Assembly (NCBI GenBank): GCA_030324005.1 | Contig: JARDVH010000097.1 | Span: 20,113,259-20,177,258, forward strand | Source: Negaprion brevirostris | Taxonomy: Eukaryota | DNA length: 64,000 bases | Direction of reading: 5' to 3' | Part shown: positions 47,491 to 59,620 of the stretch, piece by piece | Position numbering within the stretch: the first letter of the stretch is position 1 | Layout: every line of letters starts with the position of its first letter | Translations under genes and position numbers: made by a program | The notes under the pieces: model-generated | The model's input: only the letters and a program-made list of their open reading frames with translations | The model's database searches: none | Told to the model about the DNA's origin: nothing

Positions 47491-47802
47491 TGTTGTACCT
47501 ATACTTAATCTTGCTACCAGGCTGAGCATTAAGTCATTTAGAAGGAGCCATTGCTGTCTGTTTATATAATGACATAAAGATGTCAACCACTCGTAAGGAA
47601 TTTCATAAATACATTGAGTTCACTTATCAATTCTAGGCACATGTGAGCAGATATACATAGACAAAAAGCTTGAGGATATCAGTGCAGCAGAATTGTGTGT
47701 CTGTCTTCTGCTCCAGGCTGAAGTGAAACTAAAGCTGGATCTCATGACAAATTTCCCTTAAAGTGATGATGTGCTGTTAACTCTTAAAGTCATATTACAA
47801 CA
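47491..47802 (-). mobile_element. LTR, probably the 5' LTR of the minus-strand gag remnant
   Basis: 7-bp terminal inverted repeat TGTTGTA...TACAACA, followed on the minus strand by TGATG (possible decayed PBS). Confidence 0.6.
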
Positions 47803-48792
47803 TACATGACTGTTGCAAAACTGTGAAAGAAAAAAAAGTATCAAAGGAAGTAATTCATTCTAGCCTACTCTATCTGAATAATTATCAATTGCATGAAGTA
47901 AAATCACCTGGATACTGATGTAGGAATACATTGCATTACATTGTGTGAACCATATTACACATTGTAATGGTTATTTTTTTCTAGTAGGTATCCTGTGAAA
48001 AATGTAGAATGTACAATCAGTATCATAATATTTTCCACAATTTTTGTTCACACTTAAGTACGATATTCATTTGTAAAAGTTAATTATGAGGTTGGTTGGG
48101 GGGACTGGGTGGTGTGCAAGGCTAAATTCTGGCCTCAGGCATCTAATACTCTTGCACTAACCCTGGTCTAAAAGTGCAGCACTCTCCTAGTATTGCACGA
48201 GTGTGCCTACAGAGTTGTGTTTCTTTGATATGAATGCAGAATTTTTAAAATCATAAATAAAAGTGGCAGTACTGAGATGGATCTTTGTGAAGAGCTTTGA
48301 GACTCTTTGTATGTGAGGAGAACTTTAGAGAGTCATGTTGTTGTTATTCAAAGTAAAATTCAGTTAAAAGGTGCCAATATTTGCAATTTTAATGAAAAAT
48401 TACTTTTGTTCTGTAATGATAATACTCACAATATCTTGATAATTCATTGATTCATTGTCTGAATAAATATGAGTCACACAGGCAGTCTGGAGAAGTTTAA
48501 TCAAACTCACCTCCTGGTTTCCTATGTGAGCTAAGTGCCCATTGATATCTATGGAGAGCAAAATTGGGTGTGATATGAAATGAGCCAAGCCCTTAATCTG
48601 GCCAGTTTCCCAATGGGCCAGTTAGGTTAAAATTGCCCCCAGAGACTGACTCACTCTTGATCTCTGTCTATGTAAATCACGTGGAACAATTGTGAGTATG
48701 ACTAAGCTGTTGTGCTGTTTTAACTGCTAGAGATGCTATGAGCAGTGAAAAATTAAATAATTATTTCTTAGGTCTTCATTCGAGATTTTGCA

Positions 48793-50100
48793 GAGGCAGT
48801 TCTCCAAAAAAACTTCTAAATGCTGAATTTGCAGAAAAACTGATCTAAATCACAATGGATTTTTCGAGTTCAGACTCGAATCTCCCAAACTCTGTGTAAT
48901 GCAGAGGTTACAATTGTGAACATAATTGGAGTGGGGCCCATTTGTGCTGGAATCTGACAGTTCTTGCATACGCACTGGCCCCGAAATGTCGACGTGCAGT
49001 TTGCTGGCCAGCTAAATCACTGGCCAGCCCAGGATCTCCACAGTGCTGCCCCTCCCAACACCCCCATAGCCCAATCACAGCCCAATTGTCGCACCCGCGA
49101 CTATTCCCTGGCCAGCCCTGAACACCCCNNNNNNNNNNNNNNNNNNNNNNNNNNNNNNNNNNNNNNNNNNNNNNNNNNNNNNNNNNNNNNNNNNNNNNNN
49201 NNNNNNNNNNNNNNNNNNNNNNNNNNNNCCCCCCCCCCGCCCCATCCTGGAGCTCCTAATCTCCAGCCCTCCCAAGCAGTAATAATCCCACTCCCCAGCA
49301 GAAGCCCCCCCCCACCTCCAACAGATTCCGTCTGCACAGGAGGTAGATCCCCCCGGTGCAAACCCCCATCTCCTGGCAGACCCCCTCCATATAGGAGACA
49401 GAAATCCCTCGGCAGACCAGCACTTCCCTGGAAGACCAACACGCCCCAGCCTGCCCTGATCACTGGCCTCCCTTCAGTCCCAACCGATCCCCATGCAGAG
49501 TGGCAGCAGAACTCCTCCACCCCCACCCCCACCCCCACCCCCACCAATCACTGCTAAGCCCCACCCCACTAGGTCCCATCCCCAATAGGTCCCACCCACT
49601 AGGCACTACCTCATGCCCGATGGGCAGCGCCAAAGTGCCCCTTAAGCAAGGGCACTTTGACCCTTGAGCAGTGCTATGGGGCACTGGCTGGCACTGCCAG
49701 TGCACCTACTTCCCAGGGCCATCACCCATCCGTCCCTCCCAACTTCCTTGGGGGCTCCGATTGCCTTCACTCCTGCGGGGTCATCCTGCTACTTCCCTGA
49801 AAGTGGGGAGTTAGTCTGAACACCGCCAAAGTGAAATGGTACTGGCGGGATGGGAAATGCTCTCAGAGAATTCAGTCCTGAGCACGATAATCTCATTAAA
49901 ATAAAATTAAAAATAGACTTAAATCAATTACCTGCTGTACCCACCAGTTTCCAGCGTGGTCCCAACTGTGCTGGATATTCACTGCTGGGAGATGCGCACG
50001 CAACAGGAACGTATGTGTGAATCCTGTGAATCGGCCGTGACGTGATTCTCCTCGCCTGCTGTGCTAATTTTTTAATATGGCAGACAGGGAGAATCGTCTC
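48793..50100 (-). mobile_element. GC-rich non-autonomous Harbinger-related element, full length
   Basis: Hairpin GATTCTCC 50044-50051 / GGAGAATC 50088-50095; 49550-50100 is colinear with 1600-2257; the other end reads TTCTCCAAAAAAACTTCTAA. Confidence 0.78.
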
Positions 50101-50444
50101 CTTCAACCTCGCCTGCGACTGCAATTCTACAGTCCCGCTGCTGTGAATTCAGATTTGGCTGAGCACCAAATTCCTTGTTCTTACTTGCAGTGATAGCGGG
50201 GTATATGAGACCAGATAGCTTTGGCCTCAACAAGACTTGATTGGAACACATGGAGACGATTTATCATTGAATTAGTGCAAGTATAAACAATCCATTATTA
50301 ATCTTCAAAATTCATTGTTTGGATAATGCATGCATCAACTAAACATGCACCATGGAATTAAAGTTGTTGGAGGTAATATTTTACTGAACAATGTATTTGT
50401 TCAGGTTTTTATAAACATCACAGGATCCTGTGTGCTTATAATAT

Positions 50445-50624
50445 AAAAATTCTGCAGTGCAAAAGGAGACCATTCGGCCCATGGAGTCTGTACCAACCAC
50501 AATTCCACCCAGGTCCTACCCCAATATCCCTACATTTTTACCCACTAATCCCTCTAACCTACACCTCTCAGGACACTAAGGGGCAATTTAGCATCACCAA
50601 TCAACCTAACCCGCACATCTTTGG
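50445..50624 (-). mobile_element. HE1 SINE 3' half (tail A) running into a gap
   Basis: CAGTGCAAAAGGAGACCATTCGGCCCAT...CACTAAGGGGCAATTTAGCAT. Confidence 0.8.
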
Positions 50625-50907
50625 NNNNNNNNNNNNNNNNNNNNNNNNNNNNNNNNNNNNNNNNNNNNNNNNNNNNNNNNNNNNNNNNNNNNNNNNNNNN
50701 NNNNNNNNNNNNNNNNNNNNNNNNNNNNNNNNNNNNNNNNNNNNNNNNNNNNNNNNNNNNNNNNNNNNNNNNNNNNNNNNNNNNNNNNNNNNNNNNNNNN
50801 NNNNNNNNNNNNNNNNNNNNNNNNNNNNNNNNNNNNNNNNNNNNNNNNNNNNNNNNNNNNNNNNNNNNNNNNNNNNNNNNNNNNNNNNNNNNNNNNNNNN
50901 NNNNNNN

Positions 50908-51158
50908 TAAAGTTTTACTTATTAGTTACAAGTTGGATTACATTAACACTGTAATGAAATTGGTAGATCAAATGGCCAATCCACCTAACCAGCATGTCTT
51001 TCAGACTGTGGGAGGAAACCACAGCACCCAAAAGGAAGCCACGCAGACATGGGGAGAATGTGCAGACTCCACACAGACAGTGACCCAAGCCAAGAATCAA
51101 ACCCGGGTCCCTGGTGCTGTGAGGCGGCAGTGCCAACCACTGTACCACCATGCTGCCC
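50908..51158 (-). mobile_element. V-SINE, tail type B
   Basis: TAAAGTTTTACTTATTAGTTACAAGT tail, V-domain and head. Confidence 0.85.
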
Positions 51159-52064
51159 AAGTTATGGCTAATTGTTAATCTTTCCTCCATAACACAAGGA
51201 TCAAAAGTATAACCTTGATTCATTGGAAATTCTCTCTGTGGGTGAAAGCTGTTGCCATGATAAAAATAATGACTGTGAATAGCTTGAACTGTAACAGTAG
51301 CTCCTCTTGCATTGTGTTCTGCAATATCTTGGCGTTCAGCTGTTACGTTATTGATTCTTAAACTTACCACTCTGGAGTACAAGGGGTAAAATACTTAATT
51401 TTAGTGATCCTGCTTTTGAGCTTCACTGGTCAGGATTTGGTTCAAGATTTCCCCACCTTCCTCTTAAGATTGATTTCGTGGATGAAAAATCATGGCGGGA
51501 TGTGCTTGAAAGCTTAACACACATCCTCATGCACCGAGCTATTTACCACCAGTGTTAATAATGAGAATGTAGCCCAGAACACTATAATCTGGCAGATGCT
51601 TGATATCAGAATGACAATCAAACCTATAGAGTATCACAGCAAGAAGATTAGGCAGCTGGTATATGTGATACTGCACTATTTTATAAACTACAGAATAAGA
51701 TAACAAGATCTTTGCGAGGTTTGGGGCCTGATTGCAACCAACTCAAATGATAAAATAAAATGAACGCACATGTCAGCTTAGTTTCATAGATTTTTGACTC
51801 AGGAGACATTGCATTGTCAAACAATGGGTGAAATATTCCTGATAAGTATAAATAAATCCTGCCCTTGTCAACATCTAAAGTTGGCTTCAATATCAAAGTT
51901 CTCCCTGCAGCAATTGGAAAATATACATATATACAAGATAACACTGAGATACTGGCCTCAGTCAAAGGAAGGCTTCAATCTTCCACAGTTTAGATCTTCA
52001 ACACTTCTCTTGCCTCATTTCACTCCTGATTGCTGGACAGAGTTTGGGCTTCAACTTGGTTTAC

Positions 52065-52190
52065 AGTTTATTGAGTTTAGAAGAATTAGAGGCAATATCA
52101 TTAAAACTTACAAAATACTGAAGGAGCTTGATCTGGTAGATGCTGAGTGATTGCTTCTGCTGGTTGGGTGATCTAAAAAGACCAGGACTT
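52065..52190 (+). mobile_element. CR1 ORF2 C-terminal fragment
   Basis: IEFRRIRGNIIKTYKILKELDLVDAE. Confidence 0.8.
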
Positions 52191-52207
52191 TTTCCGGGGT
52201 AGGGGCC

Positions 52208-52608
52208 TGTTGTGGTAACCTACGATCTGCTGCCACCACAGGTCTCAATAAGGGATCTGTCTCTATACTCTCGAAGCTTTACAAGATATTGAGAATGACA
52301 AAGATTCTGGTTGAACACGAGCACACAAAGTTTATTACTAACAACAATAATATAGAGATCTGCACAGGCCTTCATTTAGCCTAAGTCTTAAAAGCTACAG
52401 AGGCTGATTACTTGACTTACAAGGTGTATATGAAGTCTTATTGATATAGAGTCACAGACAGTAGTAATCATCTACATTAGGGATCATTCATATATGATGG
52501 AGGCTGTACCTTATATCCTTCAGCCTTACGCACAGTTTGTCAGTCACTATGCAGCTTCTTAAAGATACACGTCAATGCTTGCAATGGCATAACTACAATA
52601 TCACAACA
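52208..52608 (-). mobile_element. 3' LTR of a Ty3/Gypsy element with adjacent polypurine tract
   Basis: Perfect TGTTGTG...CACAACA termini; PPT AAAAAAGGAGGA (minus, 52609-52620) directly upstream; AATAAA near 52331. Confidence 0.8.
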
Positions 52609-54790
52609 TCCTCCTTTTTTCATCTGAAAAAGAAAGATGTNNNNNNNNNNTACATATGGACTTTATGCATGAAGATAATTTTTGGTAAATATGTGATGCA
52701 CCGTATAATGTTCTGATTTCGTTCTCAGGGCATTGTGTGACTTTCTGTGGTTGCACGTTCTCAGTTGGTGTTTCTTGGTTAGTCACTGCAAGATTACCTT
52801 GTGTTGGTATTTATGTGGTCCCCTGCAACTAAAATAGAGTCTCTGGGTGAGATCTTCTGGCTGCACTCGTACCAAAACTGTGAAGTCCACCCCACCCAAC
52901 ACACCACCACACCCCCCAAGTCAACAGACCTTTCCATGGTCTGCCCTTCACCTGCTCCAATTTGTGTGGGGAGGGGTGCACAAGGGGAAAATTTATTCCC
53001 CTGTGTTTGAGTCATCATTTGCCTGATCTATCTGTGTTACGGCATACACAATGCAAATGTGCCAGCAGTTTCATCTGAGGATCTGTCCATTTGGCATCTG
53101 AACCTCATTTGACCATGTTTACATTATTTTCCTGGTAACCACAACTTCCTATGGTGATTCAGTGTGTGCAAGCTTTGACTTACCTTTAACTGTGTTAATT
53201 ATTTTATTCTCGGATCATGCTGTTAGGATATCCTCTCTCTGTGTTCTAAAGGAATGTCATGAGCTTCCATCTGGATTGGGAGCAGATGGGATGGGAGAGC
53301 AGAATGGATTTTCCCCCCAATTATCAAATTGGTGGGTGAGCGTAGATTATCTCCCTTTTGCGTGTCACGAGGATTGAATGTGGAATTTCTGAAATCTTGC
53401 TTGGTTGCCTTACATTTCAGAAGTATTGCTTTGACTCTCTTGATGGCCCATTCTGCAAACCCATTGGGCCAAGGATTGTGATGTGTTTTACGCCCCATAT
53501 TTTGCACATGTCCTGGAAAGATTGTCCTGCATACTGGGGGCTATTGTCCTGAGACGATGATTTCGGGCAGTCTGAACTTGCTGGAGATCAGGGTGAGTGC
53601 GTTAACAACTGTAAAGCTGGTTGTGCCTTGATCGAGTGAATTAAAGGGAATTTATTAACCTAGTCAGTTACTAAAATTTAATCTTTGCCTTCAAGATGGA
53701 ATTAATCAGTGGCTATTTTCGACAATGGCTCAGAGGGGATTTCATGTGGTAACAATGGATTTCTGCCCTGTTGGGGTAGAAACCTCTGGCAGGTATGGCA
53801 TACTTGTATCAATCTGTCAACTTGGCCAATAAACTGATTCGCTGACAAGGCATTTTGGTTGTTTCGAACCCATGTGTTCCATGTGCAGGAGAAAACATGC
53901 TTTGGCACATTACCTGAGGTATGTGGACTTGCTTGCCTTTGAATATTTAGGGTCCCGCTCGCCCAAGACCAGAAAAACCTGCCCAAGGTCAATGAACCTT
54001 TGCATGGTCCATGTTCCACCTGCTACGATTCCCATGGCAGGCAGGACAGGAAAATTCCATCCTATGTTTCTTGAGATGCACAGTTCTTCTCTGTAGTACC
54101 AAAAATGTTGGATACTTTCACAAATATCTTTGATGTGATCAGAACAACAAATGATAATAACTTGTTTCAACTTTTATAGCTTTGGGTCTTTTTGGTTGGC
54201 CTGTTGTATCATGTCAGCTTGACCATTCCCAAAATGGAGAAATTCAACATGGAGATTGTCATTCACCTTGTATTCTATATTGTCCACATGGAGGTCTGGA
54301 GGCATATTCTTGTTGTTAGCTGGATTGGGCAATCCAGAGGTCACTTCTATTTCTCTTATGGGCCAATTCTCCCTTGGATGTTTTCCTGTTCGGATATTAT
54401 GGATCATAACCATATGCATGCTACTGCATGCTGGCAGACCAAAGATTGCTGGGCTACTGGTTTCCACCATATAAAAAAACTCTGACATCCACCTGGATCC
54501 CATATTGGCATTGTATTGTGATGTTGTCAATGCATGGGATGTCAGACATGCTATAGACAGCAAGCTTATCAGATGTTAACTGGCCTATGCTTTGTCCTTT
54601 GCTTATGTATGTGCGTTGGGATCTTGAACTCACTCTTGCCATCTGCGAGATTGCCAATGTCAACTCAAGATGTGTGGAAACCCAGGAGTCACGGATTGTG
54701 GCAAAATGGTTCATACTATAACATTTTGTTGGGCTGGACCATCCTTGACTGAGATCAATATTCAGAAGCACAATCAAGCAGCAGAACAAG
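52609..54790 (-). mobile_element. Decayed Ty3/Gypsy pol remnant (protease, integrase; RT and RNase H not seen)
   Basis: FFYMVETSSPAIFGLPAC (protease); QKDPKL and FWYYREEL; CHTCQ...PHEIPSEPLSKIATD; PNGFAEWAIKRVKAILLKC (integrase). Confidence 0.8.
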
Positions 54791-57572
54791 TTGCATTCTA
54801 AAGAGACAAAAATTACAACATGGAAGAAAAGATTGATGACTGTGAAGAGGAGAACATCTAGAAATATGATGAAGACCTTCAGCTGGACGTTTTATCCATA
54901 CAGAATAAATCATAGAGATTTTAGCTGATTCTGAAGTTAAGTGGATAACAGATTAGGGCGGAGGTTGATATTGATGCAGGTGCACCTTTAGTTCCTGAGA
55001 CTACATACTAACAAGAGCTGAAACATTTTTCTTTCAAACAAGCTGATGCGATTTTAAGAATATACATGGAAGAGATTGTGCCATTGAAAGGTTACATTTT
55101 GGTAAATGTAGAGTTGAGTTGATAAACAACAGAGTTGCTTCTCCATGTGGTCAGTGGTTATTTTTCTGCTCTACCTGGGAGATGAGAGTTGAAGATGATA
55201 AAGTTTGAATGGAGTGCTATCAACAGACTGGTTGATGCCAAATCAGACCTAAAGCACCTTCTGGATAAATACAAGAGTATATTCAAAGAGACATTTGGCT
55301 CAATGAAGGAAGTTCAAGAGAAACACAAGATGCAACATAATATTCTACCAAAAAAGTGTCAAATTAAAAGCAATGCCAGATGCAATTCATCCCAAGGTTG
55401 AAGAAGAATTAGTACAACTTGTTAACACTGGTGTGTTAGAGCCAGTTACAATGAGTGACTGGACTATTTCTATCATACCTGTCAAGAAATCAGATGATTC
55501 ATTTCTTATTTGTATTGATATTAATACCATAAATCCAGTGTTGTGAGCTGATCAATATCAGCTTCCTTGTTTGCTGGTTATCATTTGAGCAGAAATTCAG
55601 AATGAATGATCCTTCACAAGCATATTTACAGAAGAATGTAGCTGCTGAATTTACAAAGATGGTTTGGAGTTGGGGGCCAAATGTAATGTGTCAAAATTTG
55701 CAGATGACGTTAAGATGAATGGCAGAACAAAGTGTGCAGAGGACACTGAAAGTTTGCAAAGGAATATAGATAGTCTAAGTGAATGGGCGAGAAGTACCAT
55801 GTTGGTAAATGTGAGGTCATCCATTTTGGTAGGAATAACAACAAAATGGACTATTATTTAAATGGTAAAAAATTACAGCATGCTGCTGTGAGGAGGGACC
55901 TGGATGCCCTTGTGCAGGAATCTCAAGAAGTTGGTTTGCAGATGCAGCAGGTAATTAAGAAGGCAAATGGAATTTTGTCCTTCATTGCTAGAGGGATGGA
56001 GTTTANNNNNNNNNNNNNNNNNNNNNNNNNNNNNNNNNNNNNNNNNNNNNNNNNNNNNNNNNNNNNNNNNNNNNNNNNNNNNNNNNNNNNNNNNNNNNNN
56101 NNNNNAGCAGGTAATTAAGAAGGCAAATGGAATTTTGTCCTTCATTGCTTGAGCAAAGTTATATTACAGCTGTATAAGGTACTGATGAGGCCACACCTGG
56201 ATACTGTGTATAGTTTTGGTTTTCTTACCTGAGAAAGGATTTACTGGCACTGGAGGGGGTGCCGAGGGGATTCACAAGGTTGATTCCAGAGTTCAGAGGG
56301 TTGGCTTATGAGGAGAGATTGAGTAGACTGAAGCTAAACTCACTGGAATTCAGAAGAATGAGGGGAGATCTTGTCAAATCATAAGACTATGAAGGGAATA
56401 GATAAGATAGAAGCAGGGAAATTGTTTCCACCGGTGGGTGAAACTCGAAATAGGGAGCATGGCCTCAAATTAAGGGAGAGCAGATTTAGCACTCAGTGGA
56501 GGAGGAACTTCTTCACCCAAAGGGTTGTGGACACGTGGAATTACCTGCCCAGTGAAGCAGTTCAGGCTACCTCATTGAATACTTTTAAAGCATGGATAGA
56601 CAAATTTTTGAACTGTAAAGGAATTAAGGGTTATGGCGAGTGGGTGGGTAAGTGGAGCTGAGTCCATGAAAAGATCAGCAATGATCTTATTGAATGGTGG
56701 AGCAGGCTTGGAGGGTCAGATGGTCTACTCCTGCTCCTAGTTCTTATGTTCTTATGGATCTCAAATATTGCTTACAAATACTACTCATAATAATAACAAA
56801 TACTACTCATAATAATTCCTCATTATAAAGTATTGCCTTTTAGAGTAACATCTATACTAGTGTTATTCCAAATATTGGCGGATCAGATTTTAAGTGGTGT
56901 CTCTGGTGTACAATGTTATCTGGATGATGTTCTAATTATATGGTACAGTGAACGAGAAAACTTGAATAATTTAGAAGCAACATTGGAACATCTTCAGGTA
57001 TGCGGTTTGCATATCTAGAAATAAATGTGTTACTTTTTCCAAACATCAGTCTAGTATTTGGATCATGTTATTGATAGTAAAGCCCTACATAAATCACCTA
57101 AAAAAATGGAGACTATTTTAGAAGCACCACATCTGGACAAATGTGACATAATTGAAATATTTTCTAGGATTTGTATATTATTGTTGCAAACTTGTTCCTA
57201 ATTTAGCTACATTATTGAAGCCATTGTATAATTTACTGTGTGTGAAACAGTCATGGGACTGGATAGCAGAATGTGAGAAAGCATACAAGGATGTTAAAGA
57301 TACTTTGCAGAAATCTGAAGAATTTGTTCATTATAATCTGAAGCTACCATTACTGCTTGTTTGCGATGCTTCACCTTATGGAGTAAGCACTGTTGTTTTC
57401 CCATTCTATATCATCAGGAGGAGAATGATGGCATCTATTACTTTGCATACTCTAACTGACTGACACTGAATCTAACTGTGCTCAACTAGAAAAAGAAGCA
57501 TTAAGTATGTTTTTTGGCATACAAAGGTTTCATCATTATTTATACCATCACCATTTCACATTATTTGTATAA
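54790..57572 (+). mobile_element. Decayed Ty3/Gypsy pol (protease, RT, RNase H) with a CR1 insertion
   Basis: EVDIDAGA protease site; QCYLDDVLI RT motif; FLGFVYYCCKLVPNLATLLKPL; LVCDASPYGV and AQLEKEAL for RNase H. Confidence 0.88.
55655..56755 (+). mobile_element. 5'-truncated CR1/HER1 LINE inserted in the Gypsy RT
   Basis: VSKFADD, KCEVIHFG, KKANGILSFIARG, RRNFFTQRVV..WN; tail TTCTTATGTTCTTATG. Confidence 0.92.
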
Positions 57573-57574
57573 TT

Positions 57575-57828
57575 AGAGAATCATAGAATCCCTACATTGC
57601 AGGAGGAGGCCATTCAGGCCATTGAGTCAGCATTGAATCTCCTTTGGAGCACCATATCAAGGTCCACCCTCCAAACTTTCCCTGTAACCCAATTTATTTA
57701 TCCCACTAATACCCCCATCCTACACATTTGGCAATACAAGGGACAATTTAGCACAGCCAATCCATTTCACTTGCACATCTTTGGATTGTGAGAAGAAACT
57801 GGAGTACCAGAAGGAAATCCACACAGTT
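57575..57828 (-). mobile_element. 5'-truncated HE1 SINE, tail A
   Basis: AGAATCATAGAATCCCTACA...GGAGGCCATTC and a partial V-domain. Confidence 0.8.
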
Positions 57829-57830
57829 AT

Positions 57831-57969
57831 AGACTGGAATCTTACCGCTGTTCACACCAGCGAGATCATCCCTTCCCACTACAGTGAACAAACAAAAATG
57901 GCTGGCCACCAAATTCTCCGACCTCGCTGCAGCGGGAGTGTGGCATGAACAGGTGGTAAGATTGTGCCC
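57831..57969. mobile_element. ~140-bp MITE
   Basis: TIRs AATCTTACCGCTGTTCA (57838-57854) / TGAACAGGTGGTAAGATT (57946-57963). Confidence 0.7.
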
Positions 57970-58555
57970 ATAACCTCAGAATATGGAGTTGCTCATTTAA
58001 GACATGAGGAGACATTTATTTGGAGGAATCTGTGGAATCTTTTTCTGTAGAGAGCTGTAGTGGCTCAGTAATTGATTATGTTCAAGGCTGTGATAGACAG
58101 ATTTTTAATCAGTAAGGGAATCAAGGGTCATGGGGATAAAATGGAAAAGTGGAGATGAGGATTATATCAGATCAGCCATGATCTCATTGAATGGTGGAGC
58201 AGACCCATTGGGCTGAATGGCCTACTCCTACTCAGAAGTTGTATGGTCTTATGCTCCACATTGCTATCTCATAGCTCATGCCGACGAGTGTGTGTTTGTG
58301 GACATCTGATTAGGCTAAAATAAGGAGAAATCTCTTCAGTCAGAGGTGAATCTGTGGAATTCTCTGACACAGCAGGCACAGTCACTGAATATATTTAAGA
58401 AGAAATAGACAGATTTCTAGAGTCTAAAAGTCACAAGGAGTATGGGGAGAGAGCGGGAGTCTAGTGCTGACCCAAAGGATCTGCAATAATCACATTGAAG
58501 GTAAAGCAGGTTCAATGGGCCAAATGGCCTACTCCTGCTCCTATTTTCCTTGTGT
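57970..58555 (+). mobile_element. Two adjacent CR1 3' ends (57970-58252 and ~58320-58555)
   Basis: Each has GAATCTGTGGAAT...AATGGCCTACTCC and a tail. Confidence 0.8.
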
Positions 58556-59069
58556 CAACCCGATGTCTGATGCTCCTGTTGTCCAATAGCATGCTGGTGT
58601 TTACAATCTACTTTCATGCACTTATAAGAATGGTCACTTGAACAATACACTGAAGAATTGCCAGAAAATGTGGGTTGCAGCAAAGCAAGAAGCATATTTC
58701 AGGACAGGAAGGAGAAGTAATAGGAATAAATGTCTGGAAAGGCAATTCTATTTCAAAGTCTTGGTTGCCAGTTAGAATCAGATAACGATTATGAGTTTGC
58801 GTGAGTTTCTAGATTTAGGCCTACTTTTCTTTACTGAGGAATTATTTTGCTTTCCTTTTGAAACTGATTTTGTTGAAGATATAAAATGCTGAATGAATTG
58901 ACTAATGCCAATTGATTGATAAAATTTCAGTATTCAGAGAAAAGATGATTGAATACTGTACAACTGCAATAACAACAAAAGAAATCCAATTTCCTCTTAC
59001 TGAGTGCAAGTGTTAATCCATGTTCAAGCTCTCATGTTATTATCTTTAGTTTGAAAGTCTCTGTTAAAC

Positions 59070-59195
59070 TGTGGATTGCAATTTCCCTACGTTACATTAG
59101 TGACTATGCTTCAAAAAGTGCTTCAATGCCTATAAAGCGTTGGGGAGGCGCTGAAGTTGTGAAAGGTGGTATTTTAAATGCAAGATTTCTTTACT
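59070..59195 (+). mobile_element. Deu-SINE 3' part with L2-type tail
   Basis: TTTCCCTACGTTACATTAGTGACTATGCTTCAAAAAGT...GTGAAAGG...AAATGCAAG. Confidence 0.55.
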
Positions 59196-59274
59196 TGCAA
59201 TTTGGCACAGGCCAGTAGCAATCAGGAGGTCAACTTAGGTTTAATACTTTTCATTAAGCTGTCTTGTTGTCATG

Positions 59275-59620
59275 TCTGCCGTTCCTCCACTGTCACTGGA
59301 TTAAAATCCTGGAACTCCCTTCCTTCGAGCACTGTGGGTGTATCTAACCCACAGTGGGTCAAGAAGGCAGCTTACCGCCACTGTCTCAAGGGCAAGTAGG
59401 GATGGACAACAAATGCTGNNNNNNNNNNNNNNNNNNNNNNNNNNNNNNNNNNNNNNNNNNNNNNNNNNNNNNNNNNNNNNNNNNNNNNNNNNNNNNNNNN
59501 NNNNNNNNNNNNNNNNNNTCAAGAAGGCAGCTTACCGCGATTGTCTCAAGGGCAAGTAGGGATGGACAACAAATGCTGGCTTAACCAGTGACACCCACAT
59601 CCCATGAAGAGAATAAAAAT
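59275..59620 (+). mobile_element. CR1-type LINE 3' end (second family)
   Basis: AAAATCCTGGAACTCCCT...AAGAAGGCAGCT...TCTCAAGGGCAA...CCCACATCCCATGAA. Confidence 0.75.

Noticed and set aside
47491-52608. The two TGTTGT-starting LTRs as a pair flanking one element
   Set aside because: They differ in length and internal sequence, and their coding regions lie outside the interval, so they belong to separate elements.
55946-56150. Direct repeat AGCAGGTAATTAAGAAGGCAAATGGAATTTTGTCCTTCATTGCT either side of a gap
   Set aside because: Identical sequence flanking a ~100-N gap is most likely an unmerged contig overlap.
59359-59580. ~60-bp direct repeat either side of a 100-N gap
   Set aside because: Probable scaffolding or haplotype overlap within a CR1 tail; not a CRISPR or tandem array.
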